Shown piece by piece: positions 30,309-40,506 of a DNA stretch of 64,000 bases. This DNA comes from a virus. The translations under genes were made by a program, and so were the position numbers. The first letter of the stretch is position 1, and each line of letters starts with the position of its first letter. Below the pieces are notes generated by a model, which worked only from the letters and a program-made list of their open reading frames with translations, was not told the origin of the DNA and searched no databases. Location of the stretch: positions 1 to 64,000 of IMG/VR virus record IMGVR_UViG_3300028388_001808. One strand, written 5' to 3'.

Positions 30309-31514
30309 TTAAAGAAACGCCAAATTAACAGTTCCTTGAATATCGGCATTAGCTGACAGCGGAGTAGCACATAGTACAATCTCGTCAGGTACTCCTGCTA
30401 CAGTACTTCCTGGATAGAGCAAGTTACTGTAAGTGCTTTTACTTCCAGCACCTCCACCAGCACCTCCGCTTGGAACCAGATCACCTATGATCGGATATCC
30501 TCCTGTAACAGTATTTGCGGTTGCTCCATAGGCAGCCTGTATAGGAGCATTCGCTACATCTGAGTAAGTAAACGTATCCGCTACTGTAGGATTTAGCAGT
30601 AACGCCCAACGAAAAGCACCTGATTGTTCATTGATTACAGAGAGAGAAAGCACCTTAACTACGTTATCAAGGTGAGTAGATTTCAATTTATAACCAACTA
30701 CAGCGTAAGTCGTATTAGCATCGTTAGCGTCTACGTGAGTAGGAACAGTAGTAAGTTCTCTTGTATGACCGACGAGTTCTATACCACCCTCAGAAGACAC
30801 AGATGAACAGATACATTCCAAGTCTGCTGCTGGACCTGTTCCGTCATTCTCTATTTCATAACGAATAGGAAGGTTTGGTGTAGTCATATAAACACCAGCA
30901 GCACTGTTAGCATGGTTCCATTGTAGTACATAAGTAGGCTGTCCGTTATTGATGAAGCCTACACGAATAGAACCTACTCCTAACCATTCGAAATCAATTT
31001 CTATGATTAAAGAGTTTTCAGGATTCAAGTATAAATCTCTAAAAAGATTCCACTCTGCTTGCTGCTTCACCTCATCTACGGCAGAACCTGTAGTGTAACT
31101 TCTACGTTTGATGCTGATATCTGTATCCGTAATGTCTACAAAAATGCCATTTTTGTCATCAAAGTAGCCTACTTTTCGTGAAATGCCAGCAACAGGCGTA
31201 CCAAACGTTGTTGTAGCAAATACCTGATGCGACTTTGCCGACTGATAGTCAAACCGCTGCTTGCTTTGACGTACTCTACGACCAGCCGTAGCATCGGAAA
31301 CAGAAAGCGTAACGCTGGATTTGTTAATATTATAGGTAGAATCTGTACCTCCGCCACTAACTTCTACATCATCCCACAAAATAGCGCGATTGTCTCCAAG
31401 TAGTTTTGATCCCCATTGTGTATAAGGTTGAGAAACGCGCTCTCTGCCAAATGCGTCTTTAGTGAAGTCTCCAAAATAAGGCGGAACATACGAAGCAGTC
31501 GACTGTGTAGACAT
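30309..31514 (-). CDS. Phage virion structural protein (DAFGR-RVS type)
   Basis: DAFGRERVSQP, FEWLGVGSIRVG and PNLPIRYEI motifs recurrent in phage structural proteins. Confidence 0.55.
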   Translation of the reverse strand: MSTQSTASYVPPYFGDFTKDAFGRERVSQPYTQWGSKLLGDNRAILWDDVEVSGGGTDSTYNINKSSVTLSVSDATAGRRVRQSKQRFDYQSAKSHQVFATTTFGTPVAGISRKVGYFDDKNGIFVDITDTDISIKRRSYTTGSAVDEVKQQAEWNLFRDLYLNPENSLIIEIDFEWLGVGSIRVGFINNGQPTYVLQWNHANSAAGVYMTTPNLPIRYEIENDGTGPAADLECICSSVSSEGGIELVGHTRELTTVPTHVDANDANTTYAVVGYKLKSTHLDNVVKVLSLSVINEQSGAFRWALLLNPTVADTFTYSDVANAPIQAAYGATANTVTGGYPIIGDLVPSGGAGGGAGSKSTYSNLLYPGSTVAGVPDEIVLCATPLSANADIQGTVNLAFL

Positions 31515-31518
31515 AATA

Positions 31519-32031
31519 TTAAAGTTGGCCCATAATCTCCCAATTACCTGACAAACCTGTTACCAGACTTACACAAGTACCGGGAGTGGTGATTTGATAA
31601 TGATAAACATCAAAAATTCCAGCATCGTGAGGACGCTGCATAAAAGGATCGGAGCCTATAACGTTTCTACTGACAGGGGTTAAAAACGGATGAAAGCTAT
31701 CCGTATTATCGTTCTGGAAATCTTTAACCGTTGCTGTCGCTCCTTTACCGCCTACTATTGTAATCGTTAGTTCGTTTCCATTCAGATAACTTGAGTCGCC
31801 TCTTAAACGAAAAGAGATCAGATTGATTGTAGCTGGTACATCAATCTGAACTCCTCCGCTAACCTTTGTGCATTCTATTCCTTCGCCGTCTGCAAATACG
31901 ATACATCCGTTTCCGGCATCATACCTCCGTAAAGCGGTATCATCCAGTCTGTCATCAAGTTTATCCAACTCACAAACGAGTATGTTTCCTGTGACGACTG
32001 GTATATCACGTAAAGGCATTCCTTTAAACAT
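31519..32031 (-). CDS. Hypothetical structural protein
   Basis: ORF in operon. Confidence 0.5.
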   Translation of the reverse strand: MFKGMPLRDIPVVTGNILVCELDKLDDRLDDTALRRYDAGNGCIVFADGEGIECTKVSGGVQIDVPATINLISFRLRGDSSYLNGNELTITIVGGKGATATVKDFQNDNTDSFHPFLTPVSRNVIGSDPFMQRPHDAGIFDVYHYQITTPGTCVSLVTGLSGNWEIMGQL

Positions 32032-32045
32032 AGCAGAACTTTAAG

Positions 32046-32095
32046 GAATAAAGAAAGTAGTGAGGAGACTGTACAAAGGCAACCAGTCTCCTCAT
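32046..32095 (-). terminator. Intrinsic terminator-like hairpin
   Basis: TGAGGAGACTG / CAGTCTCCTCA 11-bp stem with a U-rich tail on the minus strand. Confidence 0.55.
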
Positions 32096-32101
32096 GAATC
32101 T

Positions 32102-32491
32102 TCAAAGCTTTATCATCAACTCGCCCGTAGCTTGCTTGTATACCATTCCTGCTGTAAGTCCGCCTGCACCAGCAGCAGCGTCGTCTGCATAGGTAGGAAT
32201 GGCAGCAAGAGTGAGTACCAAGTTATCTGTAGGAGTGAGTGTGATATTCGTAGGAGACGTAACGACTATCTCACCAGTACCACCAGCATCGATAGTAACA
32301 TCATCACCAGCATTGATGTCAACAGCTCCAGCAGTTGCTGTGATGTCAACTTCACCCGTAGCTGCTGTAATTCCAAAAGAGTCTACAGCAAAAACAGGAT
32401 TTACCGATGTATTGTCAATGTCTCCGAAGTAACGTTCAATGAAGTTTTGAATCTTTTTGATCCAGGACTTCATTCTATAAAGTGACCACAT
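32102..32491 (-). CDS. Small fibre-like (head fibre/decoration) protein
   Basis: Repetitive VDITA/VDINA/VTIDA strands; C-terminal PTYADDAAAGAGGLTAGMVY motif. Confidence 0.5.
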   Translation of the reverse strand: MWSLYRMKSWIKKIQNFIERYFGDIDNTSVNPVFAVDSFGITAATGEVDITATAGAVDINAGDDVTIDAGGTGEIVVTSPTNITLTPTDNLVLTLAAIPTYADDAAAGAGGLTAGMVYKQATGELMIKL

Positions 32492-32528
32492 ATTTCAAAT
32501 TTTAAAAGGTTAAGAAATAAGGTTCACT

Positions 32529-33626
32529 TTAATCACCACAGCAAGAAGCTACATCATTAGCTACAGCAGGCATGCCACTTGCAGCAGCAAGCGCATCTAC
32601 TACAGCAGCAAACGAAACGTCTCCACCACATTCTGCAAGAATAGTCGTATTCAATGTATCCGTGAAGGTCTGGAAACCAGATGCGTGGACATCATCGTAC
32701 GTCAGGTGGAACGTGTTGTAGTTCTTGGTTTTGTCGATAAGATTTGAAACCGGAGAAGGTCCAAAAATAGGACCGCTTTCGTACTGACGATACGGACCGG
32801 GACGACCATTCCAGCCACCTGCGGTATATTCGTCAAAAGCAGCATCGTAGCCCGAAGTTTCTTCGAAGATCAATTCCTGGAAAGTGCTGGTAGTCAGCGG
32901 ACAAGTCCAACCGATAGTACTTACCGAGAAGTTCAAACCGTTCGGTTCGATATAATCTTCGTTGATCTGGCAATACGAAGTCTGTGCTTCGAAAGAACCC
33001 GTCAGGTGCAGATCAGGACATACGTCCGGATTCGCAGCTACCCATACAGCCAGATCATCGATCAGAGCGTCATTAGACGGATCGTGAAGCGTAGCCGTTA
33101 CCAGAGCATCCGGGTCTGCGTTAATGTCGTCACGAAGCTGATCAAGCAGCGTGTAGCAAGGAGCTTCGGTACAACCGTCACAGCAGTCACCACAACAGTC
33201 GGTTTTTGTGATGTAGGTTTTCACCAGATCGTTAAAACCAAAGTTGGTTCCGATACGAGTGTTGTAAAGGTGAACCTTGATACCATAGTCGTTGGTGCAA
33301 CAGCCGTTTTTGAAACCAGTGACTTTGACGATTTTCTCTTGACGAGTTACCCCACAGGAACCTTCCCATGCAATGACTTTCGTCTTTGCGATGTGGTCGC
33401 CCGCACTTTTCAGATAATCATCAACAGTACCATCTCCATCATAGTCTACAGCTACGGCAAGGTAGAACCGGGATACGGTAGCTACTTGAGTTGCGTCAAT
33501 CGACGTATTGGTATCCGCGTTGAAAATACCAAGTTGCCCTACAGCAAGATCAGCAAGGTTTTTATCCTTTGCCAGAACTGCCGTATCAGCAATTGGAAGA
33601 ACGGAAAATACATGATTGTTGCGCAT
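32529..33626 (-). CDS. Auxiliary capsid protein (crAss-like)
   Basis: Synteny after ring gene; codon usage like the capsid gene; LAVGQLGIF N-terminus. Confidence 0.6.
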   Translation of the reverse strand: MRNNHVFSVLPIADTAVLAKDKNLADLAVGQLGIFNADTNTSIDATQVATVSRFYLAVAVDYDGDGTVDDYLKSAGDHIAKTKVIAWEGSCGVTRQEKIVKVTGFKNGCCTNDYGIKVHLYNTRIGTNFGFNDLVKTYITKTDCCGDCCDGCTEAPCYTLLDQLRDDINADPDALVTATLHDPSNDALIDDLAVWVAANPDVCPDLHLTGSFEAQTSYCQINEDYIEPNGLNFSVSTIGWTCPLTTSTFQELIFEETSGYDAAFDEYTAGGWNGRPGPYRQYESGPIFGPSPVSNLIDKTKNYNTFHLTYDDVHASGFQTFTDTLNTTILAECGGDVSFAAVVDALAAASGMPAVANDVASCCGD

Positions 33627-33639
33627 AGCAATTCAAATT

Positions 33640-34347
33640 TTATTGAATAGATAATTGATAGTTAGCTTGTTTTACTTGGTAATCAGGCATTTGCAAATCA
33701 CCAGATAACAATAACGCTGCCAGTCTTACGATCTCTATATGCGTATGATCAGGCAAATCGCAATCTTGACTTCCAGTTAAAACAACTCCGCCTCCCGTTG
33801 TATACGTACCATCGCCATAGTCTTGAGCGTTGTGTATGTATGCAGGTTGTTTGAGATATGTCAATCTGGTAGTACTCACGATGAATGATCCATTGTGTAA
33901 AAAACTCAACCCTTTATCAGTAAGTCTTACATTCAGGACCTGCCAGTTAAAGTTAGATACACTAAGTTCATCATTTTCATCGTCGTCAAGATCAACATAC
34001 GTACAAAGTACATTCTTTGTACACTCTCCTTTCTTTATGTCTGACCTGCATTTTGCGTAAAATAAAAAATCTTCAGGCAGCGTCAGCGTAGAAGAAAGAC
34101 CGTCAGAATCAGGAATGGGAGTACTATTGTACTCCCTTACCAGTGTTCGTATATCGTGGATACTTCTTCCAGAAGATTCGTAACCAAGTTGCCTAGCTAT
34201 TCTAGGCTGCGTTACGAATTTCACAAAAGTAATGACCGCATCATTCAAGGCAGAATCCAGTGCAGGAATCCTAAGATTCTCATACTTTCTGGAATCAACT
34301 TTGTTCAGTACAGAACGTAAACGAACGATCATTTCTCGTGCTGTCAT
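33640..34347 (-). CDS. Tail ring / head-tail adaptor protein
   Basis: LNKVDS, TLPEDFLF, LTYLKQP and CDLPDHTHIEIV motifs. Confidence 0.7.
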   Translation of the reverse strand: MTAREMIVRLRSVLNKVDSRKYENLRIPALDSALNDAVITFVKFVTQPRIARQLGYESSGRSIHDIRTLVREYNSTPIPDSDGLSSTLTLPEDFLFYAKCRSDIKKGECTKNVLCTYVDLDDDENDELSVSNFNWQVLNVRLTDKGLSFLHNGSFIVSTTRLTYLKQPAYIHNAQDYGDGTYTTGGGVVLTGSQDCDLPDHTHIEIVRLAALLLSGDLQMPDYQVKQANYQLSIQ

Positions 34348-35297
34348 TCTTCAGAAGTTTTCCTTGTTTTCCTCGTTTTTTTTGGAGGTGTGTCCTCTTC
34401 AACATCTTCTACTACCTCTTTCAAAGATACAGTTTTTGCAGCTTCTATAGGAGTAGCGTCTGCTGGTTTTGAGGAACCCTCTTCAATTTTTTCCATGATC
34501 GCCAACTTGATCTGCTGATTGGTCGGATTTAGGAAGTAAGTTACAGCGTCTTCAAAGTCATATCCGATCATACTGTCGAGATACATGATCGCAGGACCAT
34601 CGTGACGAAGTACAAACTTCTCAAGACCTCTAACAATCATAGATCGAGTAGTCTTTTCTTTATCACTCATGTTTAGATAACGCAGAAGTTTTGCAATGTT
34701 TGGTTCTTCTACATCACCTTCTATGATCTTGGCAAATTCCAGATCAAGAGAATCTGCGTTATGACCTTTACCAGACCTGCTTGTAACCGCTTCAAAAAGC
34801 GTACGTTTCTGTTCTGTACTCAGAGGAGACAGTGCGACATAGGCTTTCTGCTTCAATTGTACTTTGCTTGCCTTCAGTGCAGCATTTTGACGCTCGTCGT
34901 AAATAACGTGAGTAGCGTCTGGCCACAAACCTTTTTCCCATTCTTCAATGGAGTTTGCCACATAGCGACTGGCAAGCATATTTTTCCACTTGACAAAATC
35001 ACGTGGATTGTTCGGATTCAGAAGTGTCGTTCTGTTAGGAAGACGTAACCAGGAAGCCGGACTGCTCCAATAAGGATGAGGCTTCTCCGGATCAAACTTT
35101 CTGGAAAGGTCTACTCCCAAAAGATTTGAATACTTTTCTTCCTCTTCAGGAGTCAATCCAGTTGCGTATCCTCCAATATCCGGATCGTAAAGAACTTCAT
35201 ATTTCTTTTCAGAACCGAAGTCACGGTCTTCCGGACCCCACCATTCAGGACGTTTACCGTTAAACGGTACAGGTCTAATCTCAATGAACTCTTGCAT
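34344..35297 (-). CDS. Conserved crAss-like protein downstream of major capsid gene
   Basis: Synteny; YATGLT and LNPNNPRD motifs. Confidence 0.55.
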   Translation of the reverse strand: MQEFIEIRPVPFNGKRPEWWGPEDRDFGSEKKYEVLYDPDIGGYATGLTPEEEEKYSNLLGVDLSRKFDPEKPHPYWSSPASWLRLPNRTTLLNPNNPRDFVKWKNMLASRYVANSIEEWEKGLWPDATHVIYDERQNAALKASKVQLKQKAYVALSPLSTEQKRTLFEAVTSRSGKGHNADSLDLEFAKIIEGDVEEPNIAKLLRYLNMSDKEKTTRSMIVRGLEKFVLRHDGPAIMYLDSMIGYDFEDAVTYFLNPTNQQIKLAIMEKIEEGSSKPADATPIEAAKTVSLKEVVEDVEEDTPPKKTRKTRKTSEE

Positions 35298-35331
35298 GTG
35301 CTGTTATTTGTTGTGTATTGTTTATAAAATG

Positions 35332-35420
35332 CTGACTGTTTTTTTGTTCTGAAGAAGACTTATGGGGGACAAGCCCCCACAAGTTTCTTACAACAGAACA
35401 CAACAGTAGAACAGTACAGC
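35332..35420 (-). promoter_or_regulatory. Long imperfect hairpin 3' of the major capsid gene (mRNA stabiliser or processing site)
   Basis: About 90-nt inverted repeat centred on GGGGG-ACAAG-CCCCC. Confidence 0.45.
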
Positions 35421-36875
35421 TTACGAATTACGTTGCAGAATCAATTCACCACAACGGCTCGTATCTTCGATATGTACACCACAGCGATCAACTACGTGCA
35501 TTTCGTAGTAGTCACCACTATGCGACATGCCTTTGTTGTTTACAGGTCCATAAGGAGTCTGCAAACCATGTACGTAACCGAGTTTGAATTCATTCTTTTT
35601 CTTCATGAGTTTCACGTTGCTCGAAACACCCTCACCAGAGAAGTCGAGGAACGTATAACGCATGGATTCAGTCGGATAACCCGTAACCGGATCAATTTCA
35701 AAGTTGATTTCCCGATCATCATACAGAGGCAGGTGAATCAGTCGCAGAGACGAACCATTAGCCATTTTGTATTTGATGAACTGGAAGCCGTAACTCTTGG
35801 CATTGGTGTGGTACGGAGACTTATCATCCTGGATGAAGTAGCTGTCTACGGTGATGAAACCTTTCTTCGAGAGTTCATCAGTGATGGCACGATGGAATTG
35901 AATCATACCGTATTCACCCGTAAAGGCTACCATTTCACGCTTCGAACCGGGAGATACGCGATTGTAGAATACATCCATGAGGTATTCTTCGATCAGACGA
36001 GCCGTCAGGTGGCTGTAGCGGTGGATGTGTGATTTTTCAAGAAGTTCCTGAACACCAGGACCGGAGTAGATCGGACGACCGTTTGCACCAAGTACAGTAG
36101 ACGTACTGCGGCTGTACCAGTAACCCCTTTCGAGTTCACGATACCATTGTTCCCAGTATTCTACTTCAGCATACTTGACCCACGTATCGTGCATCTTTCC
36201 TTTGCTGTCAGGAATCTTCACAGCGAGTACTTCGTTTGCAGCATCACCAGTTACCTGATACTCCTTACGATAGCGCGACATGCGGCTACCAAGAGTCATC
36301 GGCAGACTGTACTGAGTGCTACCAGACTGTTGACCAGCTTCTTCATACTGGCTGAACAGTTTAGCCCACTGCGTACCTGCTTTGAAGTACTTGAGAGGAA
36401 TGTAAAAGTCGATTGCATCGTTCATCGGACGGACTTTGTAAATCCAGCCGTTTCCATGACGACGCGGATGGTCCTGAATACGGACCTGATACTTTTTGTC
36501 GGAAGTACCTGGGTGCATGATATCACCTGGCTTGTACCAGTTGGTATCCCACTTCATTTCGATAACGGTACGACCCACACCGGGTTGCGTTACTCCAGCA
36601 GGAGTAATATCTTCCAGAATCACTGCGGGACGAGTGTTTGCTGTACGCAAATCCCACTCCCAATGACTCTTACCGATAGTCTCCATTTTGCCTGTCATGC
36701 CCAATACAGCAGATAGCGGATTGTCGCTATAACGGTACGCAGTGAAAAGCTTCATCATCGTACCCTGCAATCGTTCAGGCTTGGCAATCAGAGCCGCCCC
36801 AAGGTGGTTCATTTCCGTCATGTTAGCGTGCCAAGGCATCTTACGAATGACGAGATTTGATTGAACAGCAGCCAT
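35421..36875 (-). CDS. Major capsid protein
   Basis: 484 aa; YEW/WEW-type motif, GPGVQE and FTGEYG motifs; portal-scaffold-MCP synteny. Confidence 0.85.
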   Translation of the reverse strand: MAAVQSNLVIRKMPWHANMTEMNHLGAALIAKPERLQGTMMKLFTAYRYSDNPLSAVLGMTGKMETIGKSHWEWDLRTANTRPAVILEDITPAGVTQPGVGRTVIEMKWDTNWYKPGDIMHPGTSDKKYQVRIQDHPRRHGNGWIYKVRPMNDAIDFYIPLKYFKAGTQWAKLFSQYEEAGQQSGSTQYSLPMTLGSRMSRYRKEYQVTGDAANEVLAVKIPDSKGKMHDTWVKYAEVEYWEQWYRELERGYWYSRSTSTVLGANGRPIYSGPGVQELLEKSHIHRYSHLTARLIEEYLMDVFYNRVSPGSKREMVAFTGEYGMIQFHRAITDELSKKGFITVDSYFIQDDKSPYHTNAKSYGFQFIKYKMANGSSLRLIHLPLYDDREINFEIDPVTGYPTESMRYTFLDFSGEGVSSNVKLMKKKNEFKLGYVHGLQTPYGPVNNKGMSHSGDYYEMHVVDRCGVHIEDTSRCGELILQRNS

Positions 36876-36894
36876 TTTTGATTTATGTTAAAAG

Positions 36895-38040
36895 TTAAAA
36901 GAAATCAGCCAGTCGCTTCTTTTCACCAGTATCTGTTTCAGACCTTCTGGTTGTCAAGCTTTTACGTGCTTTTCTTGTCTTTGAAGTAATCACTGCGTTT
37001 TTCAGGTTACTCAACTCCAGGTCTTCACGTACGAGCTTTGCAAGAAGCATCAATTTTTCAGGATCGCGGTAAACCTCTTGTAAATCTTTAGCGAACTGAC
37101 TGACTTTTTCACCCTTACTGGCAGGGGCTAAAACATAGTCAGGCAAGCTGGTATCGGATTTACCCAGTTTAACATTCGAAGCTTTACCACTACGTACAAT
37201 GTCTTGTAGTGCCTTGTACGTATTCTTTCTATTTTCTGCGGCAGTGCGCCTCAGTTCTTCTTGACGTTCTAGCAGAGCAGCCTTTTCAGCCTTCTCTTTC
37301 TCTACGAGCTTGTTGTGATATTTCTTGGCTCTGCTTTCCAGCTTACCAAGCTCTATCAGCGTTTCAATCTCATCTTCAGCTTCATCCTCTGTGAATCCTT
37401 CCTCTTTAAGCTTTGCACGAAGCACAGCTTTCTGAGCAGATTCCTTCGTGATGTCCATGCTTTCGTAGTCTCCAGACTTACTATAGGTCTGTATGAAATC
37501 GGAGGTCTTGCCTCCATTTCGTTTGAACATCAAGAACTGACGAGCGTCATCATCCAGTTCATCCTGAAAGAATGTGGATAGTGCTTCATCGACACGTTTT
37601 TCAATTTTCGACTCTACTCTTTCGTAGAAGTCATCTACATCTTTGATTGGTTCTTCGTCTTCTTCTTTATCGAAGATACCTTCTTCGAGAAGGTTGTCAT
37701 AAAGGTTCGAGTAGACGTCTTTTTCTGATCCACCTGTTTCCTTTTCAGGTTCATCATCTTCGTCTTCGTCACCTTCGTCTTCATCGTCACTAGTTTCAGT
37801 CTCTTTTGAATCGTCTTTGCTGTCTTCGGTATCCTCAGAACCATCACTAAAATCATCTTCAGAACCTTCGTCAGAGCCGTCATCTTCAGAACCCTCTTCA
37901 AAAAACTTGAAGTTGTCGTCTTCTTCAGGCTCTTCTTTTTCTCGTTTGTCAGCAAGAACGTCAATCTCATCCAGTGACGATCCAGGAACTTCAGAACTAG
38001 CATCCCATTCAAAACCTAGTGTTCCGCTATTGTCTTCCAT
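36895..38040 (-). CDS. Putative scaffolding protein (highly acidic N-terminus)
   Basis: D/E-rich low complexity plus coiled coil; between portal and MCP. Confidence 0.65.
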   Translation of the reverse strand: MEDNSGTLGFEWDASSEVPGSSLDEIDVLADKREKEEPEEDDNFKFFEEGSEDDGSDEGSEDDFSDGSEDTEDSKDDSKETETSDDEDEGDEDEDDEPEKETGGSEKDVYSNLYDNLLEEGIFDKEEDEEPIKDVDDFYERVESKIEKRVDEALSTFFQDELDDDARQFLMFKRNGGKTSDFIQTYSKSGDYESMDITKESAQKAVLRAKLKEEGFTEDEAEDEIETLIELGKLESRAKKYHNKLVEKEKAEKAALLERQEELRRTAAENRKNTYKALQDIVRSGKASNVKLGKSDTSLPDYVLAPASKGEKVSQFAKDLQEVYRDPEKLMLLAKLVREDLELSNLKNAVITSKTRKARKSLTTRRSETDTGEKKRLADFF

Positions 38041-38041
38041 A

Positions 38042-38049
38042 CAAAGTTA
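38042..38049 (-). promoter_or_regulatory. TAnnTTTG (-7) element immediately before the scaffold ATG
   Basis: TAACTTTG-T-ATG; no canonically spaced -33 element. Confidence 0.4.
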
Positions 38050-38113
38050 AATTTAAAAGTGTACAAATGTAAATTAAGCTGCTGTATTCTGTATTAGAAA
38101 GTCCTACATAGCA

Positions 38114-40492
38114 TTATTCTTTTTTCTTTGCATCTTGCTTGACTTTCTGTCGCTCTATATCAACCTTTTGCTGCTCTATATCAAGCTTCCTGTTCTCTAT
38201 CTGTGCATCTTTTCCGCTTCGATAAAGCTCAAGAACGTCAGGAATACCATCATTGTCCATGTCTTTATCCTGATTAAATCCAGCAGATAGCATTGCTTGC
38301 TTTTGTAGTTCAGTCTTTCTTCGTTCCTCTTCTTTGACTCTAATCTCATCTAATCTGTTCTTGTGTTGCTTATCTTCAGTTTCCTGACGCATAGCTTCTA
38401 TCTCCTTAGCCTGTGCAGCAGCTTGCTTCTGAGTTTCTACATCTTTAGTACGTTTGCGCTCTTCTGCATCAGCCAGTTCTTCTTCAGCCTCAGCTATATT
38501 CGTACTGCGGTACAGCTTGATAATATCAGAAAGTTCTACGCTCTGAGTCTGCATTGCAGCATGTCCAAGCTGCTGGATCAGATTCATCACTTCAGAGTCT
38601 TTTGCTGCATTCGACACAAACACACCAAATGAAGCATTATCCAGAAGTGCTACATTAGAAGAAAGGTTCAACATTTCCAGAGAAAGATCGTCTAATGTAT
38701 AGACCAGATAATCAGGAGGATCGAGTGCATAAGAAGCTTTAGCCACCTCAAGTAATTGAGACAGTACATGCTTCTTTACATTATTGTGCAGATCAAAGTA
38801 AGGCTCAAGTAGATTCGAAGATTGGATAATCTGTTGCTGTACATTAGTAACAGCCTCCGTAGGACTTATCTGCGCCTCTATCTGTTTTGGAATACCAACA
38901 GACTCACCACAACGTCGTTCAATATATTCAGCCAGCTCTATGTATTGTCGAATCTGATCTGTATTTGAGAGATCAAGTTCTTTGAACAGATTCGTCACAT
39001 TCATATCTCCCCTGTTCCCTTCTTCCGATGGATTGACCCAGGTGACTCTGTTAGCTGCTGCATAGTACATGAATTTACTAATATCCATCCCCATAGATCG
39101 GGCAACCTTAGTAACATCACCAACAGCAATCTTACCAAGATCAGTAGCCATCAGCACCTCTATCCGATACATGATGATATTATAGTAGTACTGATAGGCT
39201 TTCATCCTATCCATCAGAGCTACAGAAGTAGAGTTCGTATCGGAATAAACAGCACCAATGAAAGGAAGAGGAGCGTAAGTAAGATCATTCAAGTCTTTGT
39301 GCTGGTAAGGAACAGGACGCATCCTTACATACTTGTCTCTGCCTATCTTTATTCCTTCATGTACTTCAGGAATCCAGGTCCACTCGATCTTTAGGTCTCC
39401 GGCTGGTTTGTTTACCTTATACGACTCAGATACAATTCTTTCCTGTTCATTACCATCCGGATCAACATAGGTCAGAAAACCTATTTTCTTCAGACTTCTC
39501 CATGCTCTATGAACGCAACGTATCTTACCTGCTGTTTCATCATAGGTAGAGTCATCAAAACTAAAATCACTATCAGATACAGAAGTCCCGCCAGTAAAGA
39601 AACCGGAATACAGATCATCTATATCTTCATCATTTAGCTCGTCTCCCCATCTGGCTATTACTTCTTCAGGAGATAACCAATACTCCACACCTGCCCATTG
39701 ACGCTCATGTACATAAGGAGTTTCCGTATTTCGATCACAGTCAAAATACTTCGAGTTGATCGTTTTTACAATCGGTCCGTTTCCTTCGTCTGTGACGTAA
39801 TAGATTTCTTCCCCTGACAGTAGAGCATGTTTCCACCCTTCATTAAACTTCCTGTTCAACTCTTGCTTCTCGAACAGATAATTCAATATGCGCTGTCCCA
39901 GAATCTCTACCATATCCTGATGTTCGCGTTTCATGTACTTGCGAACTTCAGGCGGCGTTCTGGCGTCCAGTTCTTCTTGTATCTCTTGTCGTATTTTTTG
40001 AATCTCTTCTTGTGACGGCTGTCTTCCTTCCAGTTCCTGAATCTTCCTTTGCTGGATTTCCATCCTTACAGGTTCCAGAATCTGAGCTACGACAAACCGT
40101 TTGATTCTTTCAGCCTCTTCCTGTTCTCTTCTGGACAAGGCTTCCGGATTAGTCGCCACGACACGCCAGGTAAACGGACGCTTCATTTCCCAGCCAAGTA
40201 AAGCGTTGATCTTACCAGATACAATATCACGATTTGTCATTTCAGCAGGTAACTCACCAGCTTGTGCGCCATAAGGAGCGCATACGTACTCAAAGTCGTT
40301 GATGTTGATGATATTGTTCATCAAGTTGTAGTTGACGGACTTTCTTCTTTTGTCATCAACTCCCTGAAAGGTAAAGCTGAATCTCCCAGAGATAAGATCA
40401 AGTCTATCTATATTGTCTTTGTACCACTGCTTGTCGTCAGCATCCTTCTGAGACTGGGTAAGCTTTTGGGTAAACATATTGTCGGTTGTCAT
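38114..40492 (-). CDS. Portal protein
   Basis: 792 aa after TerL; INALLGWEMKRPF, SLMDRMKxYQ-type motif and DMDNDGIPD C-terminus typical of crAss portals. Confidence 0.85.
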   Translation of the reverse strand: MTTDNMFTQKLTQSQKDADDKQWYKDNIDRLDLISGRFSFTFQGVDDKRRKSVNYNLMNNIININDFEYVCAPYGAQAGELPAEMTNRDIVSGKINALLGWEMKRPFTWRVVATNPEALSRREQEEAERIKRFVVAQILEPVRMEIQQRKIQELEGRQPSQEEIQKIRQEIQEELDARTPPEVRKYMKREHQDMVEILGQRILNYLFEKQELNRKFNEGWKHALLSGEEIYYVTDEGNGPIVKTINSKYFDCDRNTETPYVHERQWAGVEYWLSPEEVIARWGDELNDEDIDDLYSGFFTGGTSVSDSDFSFDDSTYDETAGKIRCVHRAWRSLKKIGFLTYVDPDGNEQERIVSESYKVNKPAGDLKIEWTWIPEVHEGIKIGRDKYVRMRPVPYQHKDLNDLTYAPLPFIGAVYSDTNSTSVALMDRMKAYQYYYNIIMYRIEVLMATDLGKIAVGDVTKVARSMGMDISKFMYYAAANRVTWVNPSEEGNRGDMNVTNLFKELDLSNTDQIRQYIELAEYIERRCGESVGIPKQIEAQISPTEAVTNVQQQIIQSSNLLEPYFDLHNNVKKHVLSQLLEVAKASYALDPPDYLVYTLDDLSLEMLNLSSNVALLDNASFGVFVSNAAKDSEVMNLIQQLGHAAMQTQSVELSDIIKLYRSTNIAEAEEELADAEERKRTKDVETQKQAAAQAKEIEAMRQETEDKQHKNRLDEIRVKEEERRKTELQKQAMLSAGFNQDKDMDNDGIPDVLELYRSGKDAQIENRKLDIEQQKVDIERQKVKQDAKKKE

Positions 40493-40506
40493 GGCAATTG
40501 TTTTAA